A stretch of DNA of 24,014 nucleotides from a virus (lineage: Duplodnaviria > Caudoviricetes): the IMG/VR virus record IMGVR_UViG_3300030330_006376, positions 1 through 24,014 of that record. One strand, 5' to 3'. Below the pieces are notes generated by a model. It had not been told where the DNA came from. It made no database searches and saw only the letters and a list, made by a program, of their open reading frames with translations. A program made the position numbers and the translations under genes. Shown here in pieces: positions 8,495-17,268 of the stretch; position 1 is the first letter of the stretch, and each line of letters opens with the position of its first letter.

Positions 8495-11074
8495 CTATAG
8501 GACCGCTTCTTTCACAACGCCGCCTAGTAAATTAATTACCTTCTTATCAATTTCTTTACCATCTAGATTTAAAGATATGTTAATAACTTGAGCTTGTCCA
8601 GCAGCAGCAGCCCCAGCCGGGTTCCCGGCCTTTGCAATTTCAGCACGGGCTGCGGCAGAATTCAAAGTACCGGCAGTATCAGCAGTATCGCGCATAAATA
8701 AGTTTTTAATGCTGTCAGGCACCATATCAAGTGCGGGACTTATCACTTCCATTAAAAGGCCACCAAGGGTCTTCCAAGGGGCAAGAAATCCATCTATTAA
8801 GAGCATCGCAGTATCGGCTAATACTGACACTCCTGATTTTATTGTGTCTATTAAGGATGCAATGATGTTGCTTCCCATATCGGTAAACACTTTTGACGGT
8901 GAAGCTATACCAAGAACAGTTTTACCAGCACTAATCATAGCATTAAAAGCTATTGAGATTGCATCAACAAGGCCTTCGTGCAGCTTCATAACAAAACCGT
9001 CGAAACCAAAAGCCTCAAGCACACTGTCCATCATCATTGGAATTAAACTAGTAAGATCAACAAAAATATCCAAAACAAACTGTGGAATTTCTTTAAGCAT
9101 GTTCACAAAGTCGCTAGTGAACCCTTCAAAATTCTCAATCATTGTTAGATAGCTTTTCATTAAGCCATCAAAGAGAGGTGCGAAAAGCTCAGATATAAGT
9201 GACCCTGCATCAAGCTCGGAGTCCACAATCCCTATAAGTTGGCCAATCCACACAAAAAAGCCCGGGATAGCAGATAAGAAACCATCAGCAAACTTAAATA
9301 TTGATGCGAAAACGTTTCCAACTCCTTCTGCTATGTTCCCATTAATAAAGCTTTCGAAAGCTTTCTTCATTTGGTCTACAGCGTTAAAAATACCACTAAG
9401 TACACCGCCAATGATTGGTGCACGTTTAACAAGTTTTTTGAGTGCTCCACTAGTGAATTTACCGCTTAATACATTGGCTAAATCATCTACTTTTTTATAC
9501 AAGTTGCCAAAAATCTCGACGGGTCTTTTAAGACTGGTCTCAACAACTTTTTTCAAGCCTCCAAAAGCATTTTTTGCGAAGTCGACAAACTTTTTCGCTC
9601 TTTCTGGGAATGAACTTATTAAGAACATCAAAGATTGCAAAGTAGCAAATATACCCATCAGCTTATCTTTAGCGCCCATGGCGCCTTCCACACTGCCGGC
9701 GAAGAACGCAGCTTGGTCGGGTAGTTGTTTAGTTAAAGCAATATTTATATCATTTATCTTTTGTGCAGCCTTCATCAAGTCTGGCGCCACCTTATCAGTG
9801 ATAACCATTGCTTTAGTGGCCAACGTACCGTATGCAGGCTCAATAGCTTTTGCTGCATTTAACGCTAGTTCTGTTTGCGATCGTATATTTGTGGCTGCGT
9901 CTTCAAGAGTCGCAATTGCATCAGAGCCGTCAGCTTTTGCTGCATCTTTACTGGCAGCATCGAGGTCGCCCGACATTGCTTTAGCAAAATCAGAGACACT
10001 ATCGAAACCAGCGGCATTCGCCATGAATTTCTTTTGGAAGTAGCCCATGTTGTCAAGAGACTTGCCCGACTCATCGATTGCATCACGAATCATTTTAAAT
10101 CTTTCTGCTGGGTCTTGTGCCATCATAAGAGACATCGAATCAACAAAGTTGCCACCCAAGGCAGCGTTAAGACTACCTGCCTGCTCAGCAGCGCCTTCAA
10201 ATGTATCAAACTTATCGGTCATTGCAATTAGCTTGCTCATTTCAAGGCCTGTAATTTTTTGAATGCGGGCCATTTCTTTGAAAGTAGAAGTACCGGTATC
10301 ACCTAACTGGGCCAATTTTTCTTCGGCGCCGGCGAAGTCTTCCATTAAATCTGAAACAGGTACGTTTAGCGATAATGCAGTTTTTCGCATGTCTCTCAAA
10401 TTAGCGGCGGCCTGATCAGCTGACATACCCAAGGATTTCATACTAATTTGTAAGTTTTTCGTGTATACTTCATTTGATACACCAACTTCAGCAAAAAGAG
10501 CAGCATCCGTCATCAAGGACTTTTGCATTTCTTTGCTCATCATTGTAAAATCAGTCACATTGGCTACCAAGGCCCGCGTTGCCTCTGTTGCTTCTTCGTA
10601 ATCGACTCCGGAGATTCTGAGTGAGTCTCCCATTTGAATGGCCATTCTAGAAACTTCCTTTGAAGCGGCGCCGGCGCGCTCAAGCTCTCTGGCGAAGTCT
10701 TGCACATCATTTATTTTTTCAGACATCCCAAGCACTGCATCGCCAAGCTGTTTAAATGCTTTGGAGGTCTTTTGTTGTTCTTCTCGGGTTTTTTTCAGTT
10801 CATCCTGAGTGCGTGCATACTCCTTATTAAGTTCAGTCTGAACTTCTAACAAGTCATCGGCAATCTCTTTGTATTCCTCCGAGTCCTCGGTGTAGCCTCT
10901 TTGTTCCGCGCGCAACGAAACCAAGTCCTCGCGGAGAGATTTTACCCGTTCATTCGCTTCCTCAACATCAGCAGAGGTTATGTCTACAGTAACGTTTTCT
11001 TGCTGAGCGCGTCGGTTTTGTGCGTTTAAATTGCGCTCTAGTAAGTCTTTAATATCATCTAATGTTGCGGCCAC
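8495..11074 (-). CDS. Tail tape measure protein (859 aa)
   Basis: N-terminal coiled coil, long Ala-rich helical body and amphipathic/hydrophobic C-terminal helices. Located after tube and chaperones. GTG start. Confidence 0.8.
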   Translation of the reverse strand: MAATLDDIKDLLERNLNAQNRRAQQENVTVDITSADVEEANERVKSLREDLVSLRAEQRGYTEDSEEYKEIADDLLEVQTELNKEYARTQDELKKTREEQQKTSKAFKQLGDAVLGMSEKINDVQDFARELERAGAASKEVSRMAIQMGDSLRISGVDYEEATEATRALVANVTDFTMMSKEMQKSLMTDAALFAEVGVSNEVYTKNLQISMKSLGMSADQAAANLRDMRKTALSLNVPVSDLMEDFAGAEEKLAQLGDTGTSTFKEMARIQKITGLEMSKLIAMTDKFDTFEGAAEQAGSLNAALGGNFVDSMSLMMAQDPAERFKMIRDAIDESGKSLDNMGYFQKKFMANAAGFDSVSDFAKAMSGDLDAASKDAAKADGSDAIATLEDAATNIRSQTELALNAAKAIEPAYGTLATKAMVITDKVAPDLMKAAQKINDINIALTKQLPDQAAFFAGSVEGAMGAKDKLMGIFATLQSLMFLISSFPERAKKFVDFAKNAFGGLKKVVETSLKRPVEIFGNLYKKVDDLANVLSGKFTSGALKKLVKRAPIIGGVLSGIFNAVDQMKKAFESFINGNIAEGVGNVFASIFKFADGFLSAIPGFFVWIGQLIGIVDSELDAGSLISELFAPLFDGLMKSYLTMIENFEGFTSDFVNMLKEIPQFVLDIFVDLTSLIPMMMDSVLEAFGFDGFVMKLHEGLVDAISIAFNAMISAGKTVLGIASPSKVFTDMGSNIIASLIDTIKSGVSVLADTAMLLIDGFLAPWKTLGGLLMEVISPALDMVPDSIKNLFMRDTADTAGTLNSAAARAEIAKAGNPAGAAAAGQAQVINISLNLDGKEIDKKVINLLGGVVKEAVL

Positions 11075-11092
11075 AATAAAAGTTCCCTATTA

Positions 11093-11100
11093 TAAATAGT
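11093..11100 (-). promoter_or_regulatory. ACTATTTA motif (putative late promoter) upstream of tape measure
   Basis: Plus strand reads TATAAATAGT at 11091-11100; one of seven intergenic copies. Confidence 0.65.
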
Positions 11101-11124
11101 AAAAGCCCAAAAAGATGGGCTTTT
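11101..11124 (-). terminator. Intrinsic terminator after the chaperone genes
   Basis: AAAAGCCCA-6 nt-TGGGCTTTT hairpin with T-tracts on both strands, 5 nt past the stop at 11130. Confidence 0.75.
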
Positions 11125-11129
11125 GTTAA

Positions 11130-11363
11130 TTATCTTGGACCGCCCGGCCCACCAAAAGATGGCTGATTAAAAGCGCTCAAGGTATGTGTTTTGCCTGAGT
11201 CGCCTTTTCTAGCCTTTTCAATTGCTTCTTTTTCTGCTTTTAGCTGTTTAGCAAGTCTTTCAGAAAACCACTTTCTTAAACCAACCGGAAGATTGTATGC
11301 CTCGGCAAAAGACCATCCTCCGGAGTATTTCATAAAAAAGAAAATCTCATAGACTGACTGCAT
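11130..11363 (-). CDS. Tail-assembly chaperone second ORF (GT/gp51-like); possibly made as a frameshift extension of the upstream ORF
   Basis: YEIFFFMKYSGGWSFAEAYNLPVGLRKWF resembles small gp51/GT-type segments. The frame is open through the T7 run at 11382-11388. First ATG after the upstream stop is at 11363. Confidence 0.65.
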   Translation of the reverse strand: MQSVYEIFFFMKYSGGWSFAEAYNLPVGLRKWFSERLAKQLKAEKEAIEKARKGDSGKTHTLSAFNQPSFGGPGGPR

Positions 11364-11367
11364 ATAC

Positions 11368-12216
11368 TCAGCGTTCAGGCCAAAAAAAGTCCGCGGTGAG
11401 CGGCACCTCCATTTTGTCTTCAAAATCGCAGTTTGAACATGCGAAATGTTGATCAATACTGATGTTGGGGGCGACAGACTTGTAAGCTTTTCTTAAAAAT
11501 GCCGAGTCCCGGGATGGGATGTTTTCAGCAACGTAATTTAAAGCTTCTTGTGTGTCATTATCATTTACAGAAACTATCATCGCCCTAATCTGCGTAGATA
11601 TCAAGTTATCTGGCCTGTTTCCTTTTTTTGTTGAATTATTAGAAATTCTTTTCTCGTCGTATCCATTCAAAAGTCTAAAAACAACATTTAAGCCGCTGGT
11701 TGGTAATGTAGCTAAAAATGTGCCATCTCCATTGTCGGTGATGCCGTCCATAGTCTCGCCGTGTGTGATATCAGCTAGATTTAAGTCAAACGAATACTCT
11801 TGCTTGGTATCGCATGCTGGGCAAGACACATTGGTAGTATAAATATTACCATATCCAGATACCCTAGAAGCAATAACAAGCGCGTTCTTGTCGCCTACCA
11901 GTAAAGACGTTGCGTCGATTGATTTATCCATGATAATGCTTTGGATAACTCTGTCGATTGCAACGCCTTGCTTAAGAAGGGACTTTGACGTCAAAATATC
12001 CTCTTCTTTTGCAGTCATTTGTTTAATTTCAATTGTTGTTTGATTATGTAGTGGATGGCCGACTGCATAAAATCTACCTTTAGACGGTAACTCAACAAAC
12101 TCTGTAGGAACAACAAATGAAAAAAGTTGTTCTGGGGAGTTTGCGTTGTTCGCCATAGGAGACTCAGCTTGGGGGGCTGTGGTGCCACCACCTACTCTAT
12201 CTCTATTTCTTGACAA
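11368..12216 (-). CDS. Tail-assembly/baseplate-hub assembly chaperone (T4 gp26-like) with two CxxC motifs
   Basis: VELPSKG, MTAKEEDIL, L-x-x-GD...SR...YG, CPAC and CSNC, ending DFFWPER. Lies between tube and tape measure. TTG start with SD GAGGTG at 12221-12226. Confidence 0.7.
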   Translation of the reverse strand: MSRNRDRVGGGTTAPQAESPMANNANSPEQLFSFVVPTEFVELPSKGRFYAVGHPLHNQTTIEIKQMTAKEEDILTSKSLLKQGVAIDRVIQSIIMDKSIDATSLLVGDKNALVIASRVSGYGNIYTTNVSCPACDTKQEYSFDLNLADITHGETMDGITDNGDGTFLATLPTSGLNVVFRLLNGYDEKRISNNSTKKGNRPDNLISTQIRAMIVSVNDNDTQEALNYVAENIPSRDSAFLRKAYKSVAPNISIDQHFACSNCDFEDKMEVPLTADFFWPER

Positions 12217-12242
12217 TATACACCTCTCGTTTTGTCAGTTTT

Positions 12243-12842
12243 CTATACTTGGAAGAAACTATTGCCGCCTTGTGCTCTCGCGGAGCCCTCGGCTGCTGTG
12301 TCTAGTCTAGCCCAATCGTAGCGAAGTTTTAAGGATAATTCTGTTAAACCTTCGGCACCATACTCTAGGGTGCCACCAAAGTTTACTTCTTTAACAAATG
12401 CGTTCCAAAGTGTCCACGATTCGATGACTTTACCATCAGCGTCAATTTGAGAAATCTTGACTTGACCAAGAGCGCCTACAGCCTTAGCTTTTGACATACT
12501 AGTTAAGTCTTCATTGGTAGCTTTAGTAGGTGGCGTATAACCAGCAGCACTAACAATGCCAGCCAAGGTTGCAGCTGCGTCAGGGTCACCAGCTGGATCA
12601 ACCGCGGTGATATCGATCTCGCTCCATGTTACCGCATTTGGATAATAGAAGGTGTGATTCAAATACTTGTGATCGGTTTCCGACACAGTAAAAGTTGGTT
12701 TAGTAACCGATTTTGCATACCACAGTAAAGAGCCACCCTGTTGCGAGTCGATACCGTCGATAGTGATTGTAAACCTAAAAGCTCTCTTAGGATCTTTTAA
12801 AGGTGTGTCGGATTCTCCGAAATTTGTTGACCAAAATGCCAT
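12243..12842 (-). CDS. gp19: Tail tube protein
   Basis: DPKRAFRF, AKSVTKP, W-S-E-I, ESWTLWNAF and LRYDWA are gp19-type tube motifs. Directly downstream of the sheath gene. Confidence 0.85.
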   Translation of the reverse strand: MAFWSTNFGESDTPLKDPKRAFRFTITIDGIDSQQGGSLLWYAKSVTKPTFTVSETDHKYLNHTFYYPNAVTWSEIDITAVDPAGDPDAAATLAGIVSAAGYTPPTKATNEDLTSMSKAKAVGALGQVKISQIDADGKVIESWTLWNAFVKEVNFGGTLEYGAEGLTELSLKLRYDWARLDTAAEGSARAQGGNSFFQV

Positions 12843-12864
12843 TTTTAGTTTTCTCCCTTGAAAT

Positions 12865-12872
12865 TAACTAGT
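12865..12872 (-). promoter_or_regulatory. One-mismatch motif variant ACTAGTTA upstream of tail tube
   Basis: Plus strand TAACTAGT in the sheath-tube gap, just upstream of SD GGAG. Confidence 0.4.
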
Positions 12873-12886
12873 TTTTTAAATAATTT

Positions 12887-15784
12887 TTAGTCATCGAAAG
12901 ATGCACCAGTCGATGCGATAACGAAGTCAATTGCGATGAACTCAATTGCTCTTGCAGGCTTGACCATAATCTTCGCGTAGAGGATGTTTTGGTCAATAAG
13001 ATCTGGTGTCGTAGTAGTCTCATCAAGAATGAGTCTATAATCCGTGATACCGAATCTGGTCTTGACATTTGCCAAGAATGGCTCGATAAGGCCAGTAAAT
13101 CTGTCCCATGTCGCTTGAACGTTTTGCTCGAAAAGAATTTGAGTCGAGAGAATCGAGATTTGCTTTTTCAAGTAAATCACAAGTCTGCGTACGTTAATTC
13201 TATCGAGTGCTGATGGGCGCTCTTGAAGCGTCTTCTGTCCAAGAACAACAATTCCGTTAGATGGGAACGAAGCAATCGGGTTGATTCGCGCATCATAAAG
13301 AGTGTCACGCTCCTTAGAAGAAAGTCTTTCAGAAACATTGACAACTGGAAGACCTGCTGCACCTTCGGTAAGACCGCCACGGTTGAACCCTGCAGGCGCG
13401 AACCAGACATCTGATTTAGCCTCTGAGGACGCCAATACACCCATCATTGCGACAGATGGCGGAACCCAGACTAATTGACCTGTTGTTTCGTCCCTAGATT
13501 GAACCCATGGGTAGAAGCATGCGCCATATGAAGAATCAATTCTCCTATCCTTAAGAGCATTTGCTACACCGACAACATTTAAGTTAACGCGTTGCGCTTT
13601 CTTTTTGAATCCCTCATGTGTAGGCGTGTACACATTTGGAAGGTCAATAATTGCCATGGCATCTGCTCTGTCTTCACACACGCTAATCATGTGATTCGTG
13701 AGCGTTTCGTTGGTAAGCCCGGGTACACATAACAAGTTCATGTCAAGTAATTCAGGATCCGCAACTGTATCGATTGCTCGTCTGTAGGTGTGGAAGATAT
13801 AGCTATTGTCTTCCGTGGAGCTGCCGCCCATCAGTACATTTGCTAATGGATCGGGCTTTGTGATATCAAACCCATCGAAACCACCCCAGAATGGTGCGGT
13901 GAATTTATCAATTCCTTCTTTGATGAGGGTTTGGTAACTAGAAGTTGCGTTAGCTGCCGTGACAGATGTTCCTGCTTTTCTAGAACCAGACTCGTAACTA
14001 AATACTGAGTTTTCTTTTCTAACATTGTCTAGACTGAAAATGTACGCCCAAGGTTGTACACCATCACCAACATTAATGTGGTTAGGATCATTTGGGAAAT
14101 CTGCGTACAGAAGTCTGTGTAAATCACCCAAGCCTGAAGCTGGAGCAGTCGCCCCGGCAGTTCGAGTTGTTCTGAATCCGAAGTATGCGTCAGTTTGGTC
14201 AACAAGACCACCATCCGTAGAAGATGAACGCATCAGGCTAGTTGGGAATTGGAACGATGCAGTTACATGAGGAATTGAGCCGGTACCGTCATTTTCCCCA
14301 CCCAGAAGCTGTGAAGTTGGACGTTCATCACCAGAGAATCCATATGAACCGCTACTGTAGTGTATCATAGCGCGTGCATTTGGAACTGCTCTGCTGGTGG
14401 CGTCAATAAGTGTAGCATATCTTGGGGCCGCGTAGTAACCAAATGGAAGAAGCGACGGATCTGTTGCGCCGGCCTCAACATCAGTATTCATCTCCACTCT
14501 AATAAACTTAGACATATTGGGATATTCGCCATAATATCTTAATCTCTTGTTTATATTGTCCCATTCAGCATATATATCACCAATTTTTCTTGCAACAAAA
14601 TTTGGAGAAGCAGGATTCAAGTTACAGTTATCGAATCTCTCGATAACCTCAATTCTGTTGTCCGTGTCGTGGATATTTCGTAAAACAACCGAGAAAGAAC
14701 CGAATGGACTTGTGTTAGTCGATGAAGCCTTAATTCTTTCGATTGAAACCTTGACGTTCTTGTGCAACCATTCACCATGGCCGCGGCCTTTTAGACGGAA
14801 AAGCTTTTGCATGTTTGCTGGTTCATAATTTGAAGACACACCAACATCCTGACCAATAAACCACCCTGCAACGGATTCACGCCACTGTTGACCCTTCATT
14901 TGCGAGGGGCCGACACCAGTGGCCAAGGAACCAGAGCCGATTTGCACGATACAGCCAACACTAGCAGAATTATGGAAGCCGCTGTTTTGCACATTTTGCT
15001 CAAACGTTTCACCAAGCCAGTAATCTTTTGATCCTGATGGGTAAAATGTGGCGCTGTTACCACCCCATAATTGTGGGTTTGTGTTGAATTGCGAACGAAT
15101 AAACTTTTCAGAGTTATTGTTAAAGTTAAATGTAAATGTTTCTTGACCCTGTGAAGCACCTTGAATTAGCATCTTGTAATTACCGTTCGCATCACTAGCA
15201 ATCATCGCCCCAGCAGCAGCGGTATGAAATGAGCCACTACCCCAGACTGTACCTGAAAGTTGAATAACACCGTTCTGGAGGTACCAGATTGCTGCGCAGG
15301 ATCCTGTACCAATATTTCCCTCGGTTGCACTAGAGGACGTGAAAAGGAACAAGCCGTATGCACCACCATTTTCAGTTCTTGGGGTGTTAGACATGGTGAC
15401 CGGAGTTTTATCAGTTTTCCAGCCGGCTGATGCATCACCACCGGCTGCAGCACCGGTAGAAGTGTGAACACCCATCAACCTAATGTATGTCACGGGAGCT
15501 ACATTTGAGCGCAAAAAGGCTTTTGCGGCGTAAGTTCCATACATTGGTGACTGTCTGTTGCCATCGCGGTAAACATCTCCGCCACCATTGCCCGGGACTG
15601 TATCTCCAAACATTTCAACAAATTGTGAAAAGGACTCCACCTTGGTGGGGGTACCTGCAAGGCCCTTGCTGGCTCTACCGATAATAACGGGACCGATTGC
15701 ATCGGGCTGGCGGGGTCTGAACGAGTTATCAATCTCGTTGATGAAGACTCCGGGGGAAACGAACTTAAAGTTTTTAACTGACAT
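12887..15784 (-). CDS. gp18: Contractile tail sheath protein (965 aa)
   Basis: N-terminal FVSPGVFINEID and C-terminal YPWV, VPPS, WFAPAGFNRG, INPI, GQKTL, DRINVRRL, P-x-x-x-IEFI. Confidence 0.95.
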   Translation of the reverse strand: MSVKNFKFVSPGVFINEIDNSFRPRQPDAIGPVIIGRASKGLAGTPTKVESFSQFVEMFGDTVPGNGGGDVYRDGNRQSPMYGTYAAKAFLRSNVAPVTYIRLMGVHTSTGAAAGGDASAGWKTDKTPVTMSNTPRTENGGAYGLFLFTSSSATEGNIGTGSCAAIWYLQNGVIQLSGTVWGSGSFHTAAAGAMIASDANGNYKMLIQGASQGQETFTFNFNNNSEKFIRSQFNTNPQLWGGNSATFYPSGSKDYWLGETFEQNVQNSGFHNSASVGCIVQIGSGSLATGVGPSQMKGQQWRESVAGWFIGQDVGVSSNYEPANMQKLFRLKGRGHGEWLHKNVKVSIERIKASSTNTSPFGSFSVVLRNIHDTDNRIEVIERFDNCNLNPASPNFVARKIGDIYAEWDNINKRLRYYGEYPNMSKFIRVEMNTDVEAGATDPSLLPFGYYAAPRYATLIDATSRAVPNARAMIHYSSGSYGFSGDERPTSQLLGGENDGTGSIPHVTASFQFPTSLMRSSSTDGGLVDQTDAYFGFRTTRTAGATAPASGLGDLHRLLYADFPNDPNHINVGDGVQPWAYIFSLDNVRKENSVFSYESGSRKAGTSVTAANATSSYQTLIKEGIDKFTAPFWGGFDGFDITKPDPLANVLMGGSSTEDNSYIFHTYRRAIDTVADPELLDMNLLCVPGLTNETLTNHMISVCEDRADAMAIIDLPNVYTPTHEGFKKKAQRVNLNVVGVANALKDRRIDSSYGACFYPWVQSRDETTGQLVWVPPSVAMMGVLASSEAKSDVWFAPAGFNRGGLTEGAAGLPVVNVSERLSSKERDTLYDARINPIASFPSNGIVVLGQKTLQERPSALDRINVRRLVIYLKKQISILSTQILFEQNVQATWDRFTGLIEPFLANVKTRFGITDYRLILDETTTTPDLIDQNILYAKIMVKPARAIEFIAIDFVIASTGASFDD

Positions 15785-15837
15785 TTGACTTTATCCTCAC
15801 TTGATTATAATTCAAAAAATTATAAGTTAATCAACAG

Positions 15838-15845
15838 TAAATAGT
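15838..15845 (-). promoter_or_regulatory. ACTATTTA motif upstream of tail sheath
   Basis: Plus strand TAAATAGT, 53 nt upstream of the sheath ATG. Confidence 0.65.
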
Positions 15846-15901
15846 AAACCCATTTTCAAAAGTCTCGAAGTGAATAAAGAAAATTGGCCCCAGTTCAGGA
15901 A

Positions 15902-16786
15902 CTAATCAAATGTTAGAGGCATTTCCCCAGGAAGTGGTTCAGATTCTCTAGGAAATGTTAGTTCTACTATGTTTTCGTCAATCCTAACAAGTTGGCGATC
16001 GTCATTCTCGCCCTCGCCAATTAAGTATCCTAAAACTTTGATGTTTATGTCGGTTGAAAACATTCTAATATCTTCGTTTAAGTTCGACATATTATTATTA
16101 TGTGCGAAACTAGGCTGTATAAAGGCTTCATACCTGTGTCCATTTCTTTTCATGACAAACGAGTTTATTTGACCAGTTCTTGCGATAAATGGTGCCAGAA
16201 GATCATTCATTTGTTGTTGATACTCAGTTTTGATGTTGATTTTATATTCAACCTCAACATATACAGGTATGGGAATCGACAAAGTTTGAATAATAACTTT
16301 TTTATTGATTCTTGGATAGTATTTTTGCACCAAACTGTTTCTAGGCAATGTTCTCATAGATTGTGCCACTGCAAAATTTCTAGTTTTATCTTTCACTATC
16401 CTTTTCGCAATAACCATTCTTCCAGATCTTTGGTCGCCCTTATCAGAATAAATATGGGCCTGATATGAACCCTTCATCTCAGGGTTTTTGTTTATCCCGG
16501 TTCTTTCAACACTAATAAGCGGTAATTTTAACGCCCCTCGCGCATCTCGGAGGTTTTTTTTGTTTTTTACCTGAAATGCTCTCTCTGGTGTTTGCCATAG
16601 AACCGGTACTTTTTCTCTGCCTTGGTTTGTTTGAGCCTCAAGTGCTAAATCAATCTTTAAGTACGAAGTCATAGCATAATCTATGTTTTCGATATCAGAT
16701 CTCAACATTCCTATTTCTTGGAGAGACACAGATCCAGAGCCGGGTATTTCCGGCAGCATTGCAAAATCAAAATTATCAGGTAGCAT
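15902..16786 (-). CDS. Tail terminator/sheath stabiliser (gp15-like), about 294 aa
   Basis: Motifs PER, LPLIS-x-ER and PVYVEVEY; located between neck and sheath. Start moved from the track's 16852 to ATG 16786, which has GAGG 8 nt upstream and overlaps the end of the upstream gene. Confidence 0.65.
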   Translation of the reverse strand: MLPDNFDFAMLPEIPGSGSVSLQEIGMLRSDIENIDYAMTSYLKIDLALEAQTNQGREKVPVLWQTPERAFQVKNKKNLRDARGALKLPLISVERTGINKNPEMKGSYQAHIYSDKGDQRSGRMVIAKRIVKDKTRNFAVAQSMRTLPRNSLVQKYYPRINKKVIIQTLSIPIPVYVEVEYKINIKTEYQQQMNDLLAPFIARTGQINSFVMKRNGHRYEAFIQPSFAHNNNMSNLNEDIRMFSTDINIKVLGYLIGEGENDDRQLVRIDENIVELTFPRESEPLPGEMPLTFD

Positions 16787-17264
16787 CGAATAAGCCTCTT
16801 CTTGCACGTTTGCAGGTTGCATTGATTTCAAAAGTTTGATCAACTTGACCAAAAAGTTTTCTTGGTTCAGATAATTTAACTATCTCGTAATATGTTTTAC
16901 CATATAAAATAAAATCACCTTCTCTTACAAAAAGATTTTGATCTTCAACAAGACGTCTTCTATGGAAATGTACCGTAATTGCCGAATCCGAGTCAATACC
17001 AGCGCCCTCTAAATAGCTTGTGGCCTCGTTATCAAACTTGACAAGCGCCATAACTCTGACAGGCGACAAAAACGTTTTTTCTATAGCCTCGCCGTACATG
17101 TCGTGAAAGTTTGTTGTTTCCATATCAATTGGATAGTAAAGAATTTGCTGGCCAATGACGTGTTCAATAAGCTCATCGTTGACTTGCTTTACTAAATCGC
17201 GCTCTTTTTTGCCTAAAAATAGAGGCGGTGGCGGCTGCTCAGGTCTATCCCATTTATTCGACAT
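16776..17264 (-). CDS. Neck/head-completion protein (gp14-like)
   Basis: ELIEHVIGQQILYY...YGEA...EGDF..Y..YYEI matches the head-closure pattern, with matching synteny. Confidence 0.7.
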   Translation of the reverse strand: MSNKWDRPEQPPPPLFLGKKERDLVKQVNDELIEHVIGQQILYYPIDMETTNFHDMYGEAIEKTFLSPVRVMALVKFDNEATSYLEGAGIDSDSAITVHFHRRRLVEDQNLFVREGDFILYGKTYYEIVKLSEPRKLFGQVDQTFEINATCKRARRGLFDAT

Positions 17265-17268
17265 CTAG

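Noticed and set aside
8709-10262. Plus-strand ORFs (147, 236 and 118 aa) opposite the tape measure gene
   Set aside because: Fully antisense to a convincing gene; composition typical of shadow frames.
12210-12215. TTGACA on the plus strand
   Set aside because: It arises from the reverse complement of the chaperone's first codons (TTG TCA A); no matching -10 or plus-strand gene.
3689-15784. Bacterial contractile injection system or tailocin interpretation
   Set aside because: Capsid, scaffold, neck, SSB and polymerase genes are contiguous with the tail genes, indicating a complete phage.
16787-16852. Track's longer start for the gp15-like gene
   Set aside because: It would overlap the upstream gene by 77 nt; ATG 16786 with an SD is more plausible.
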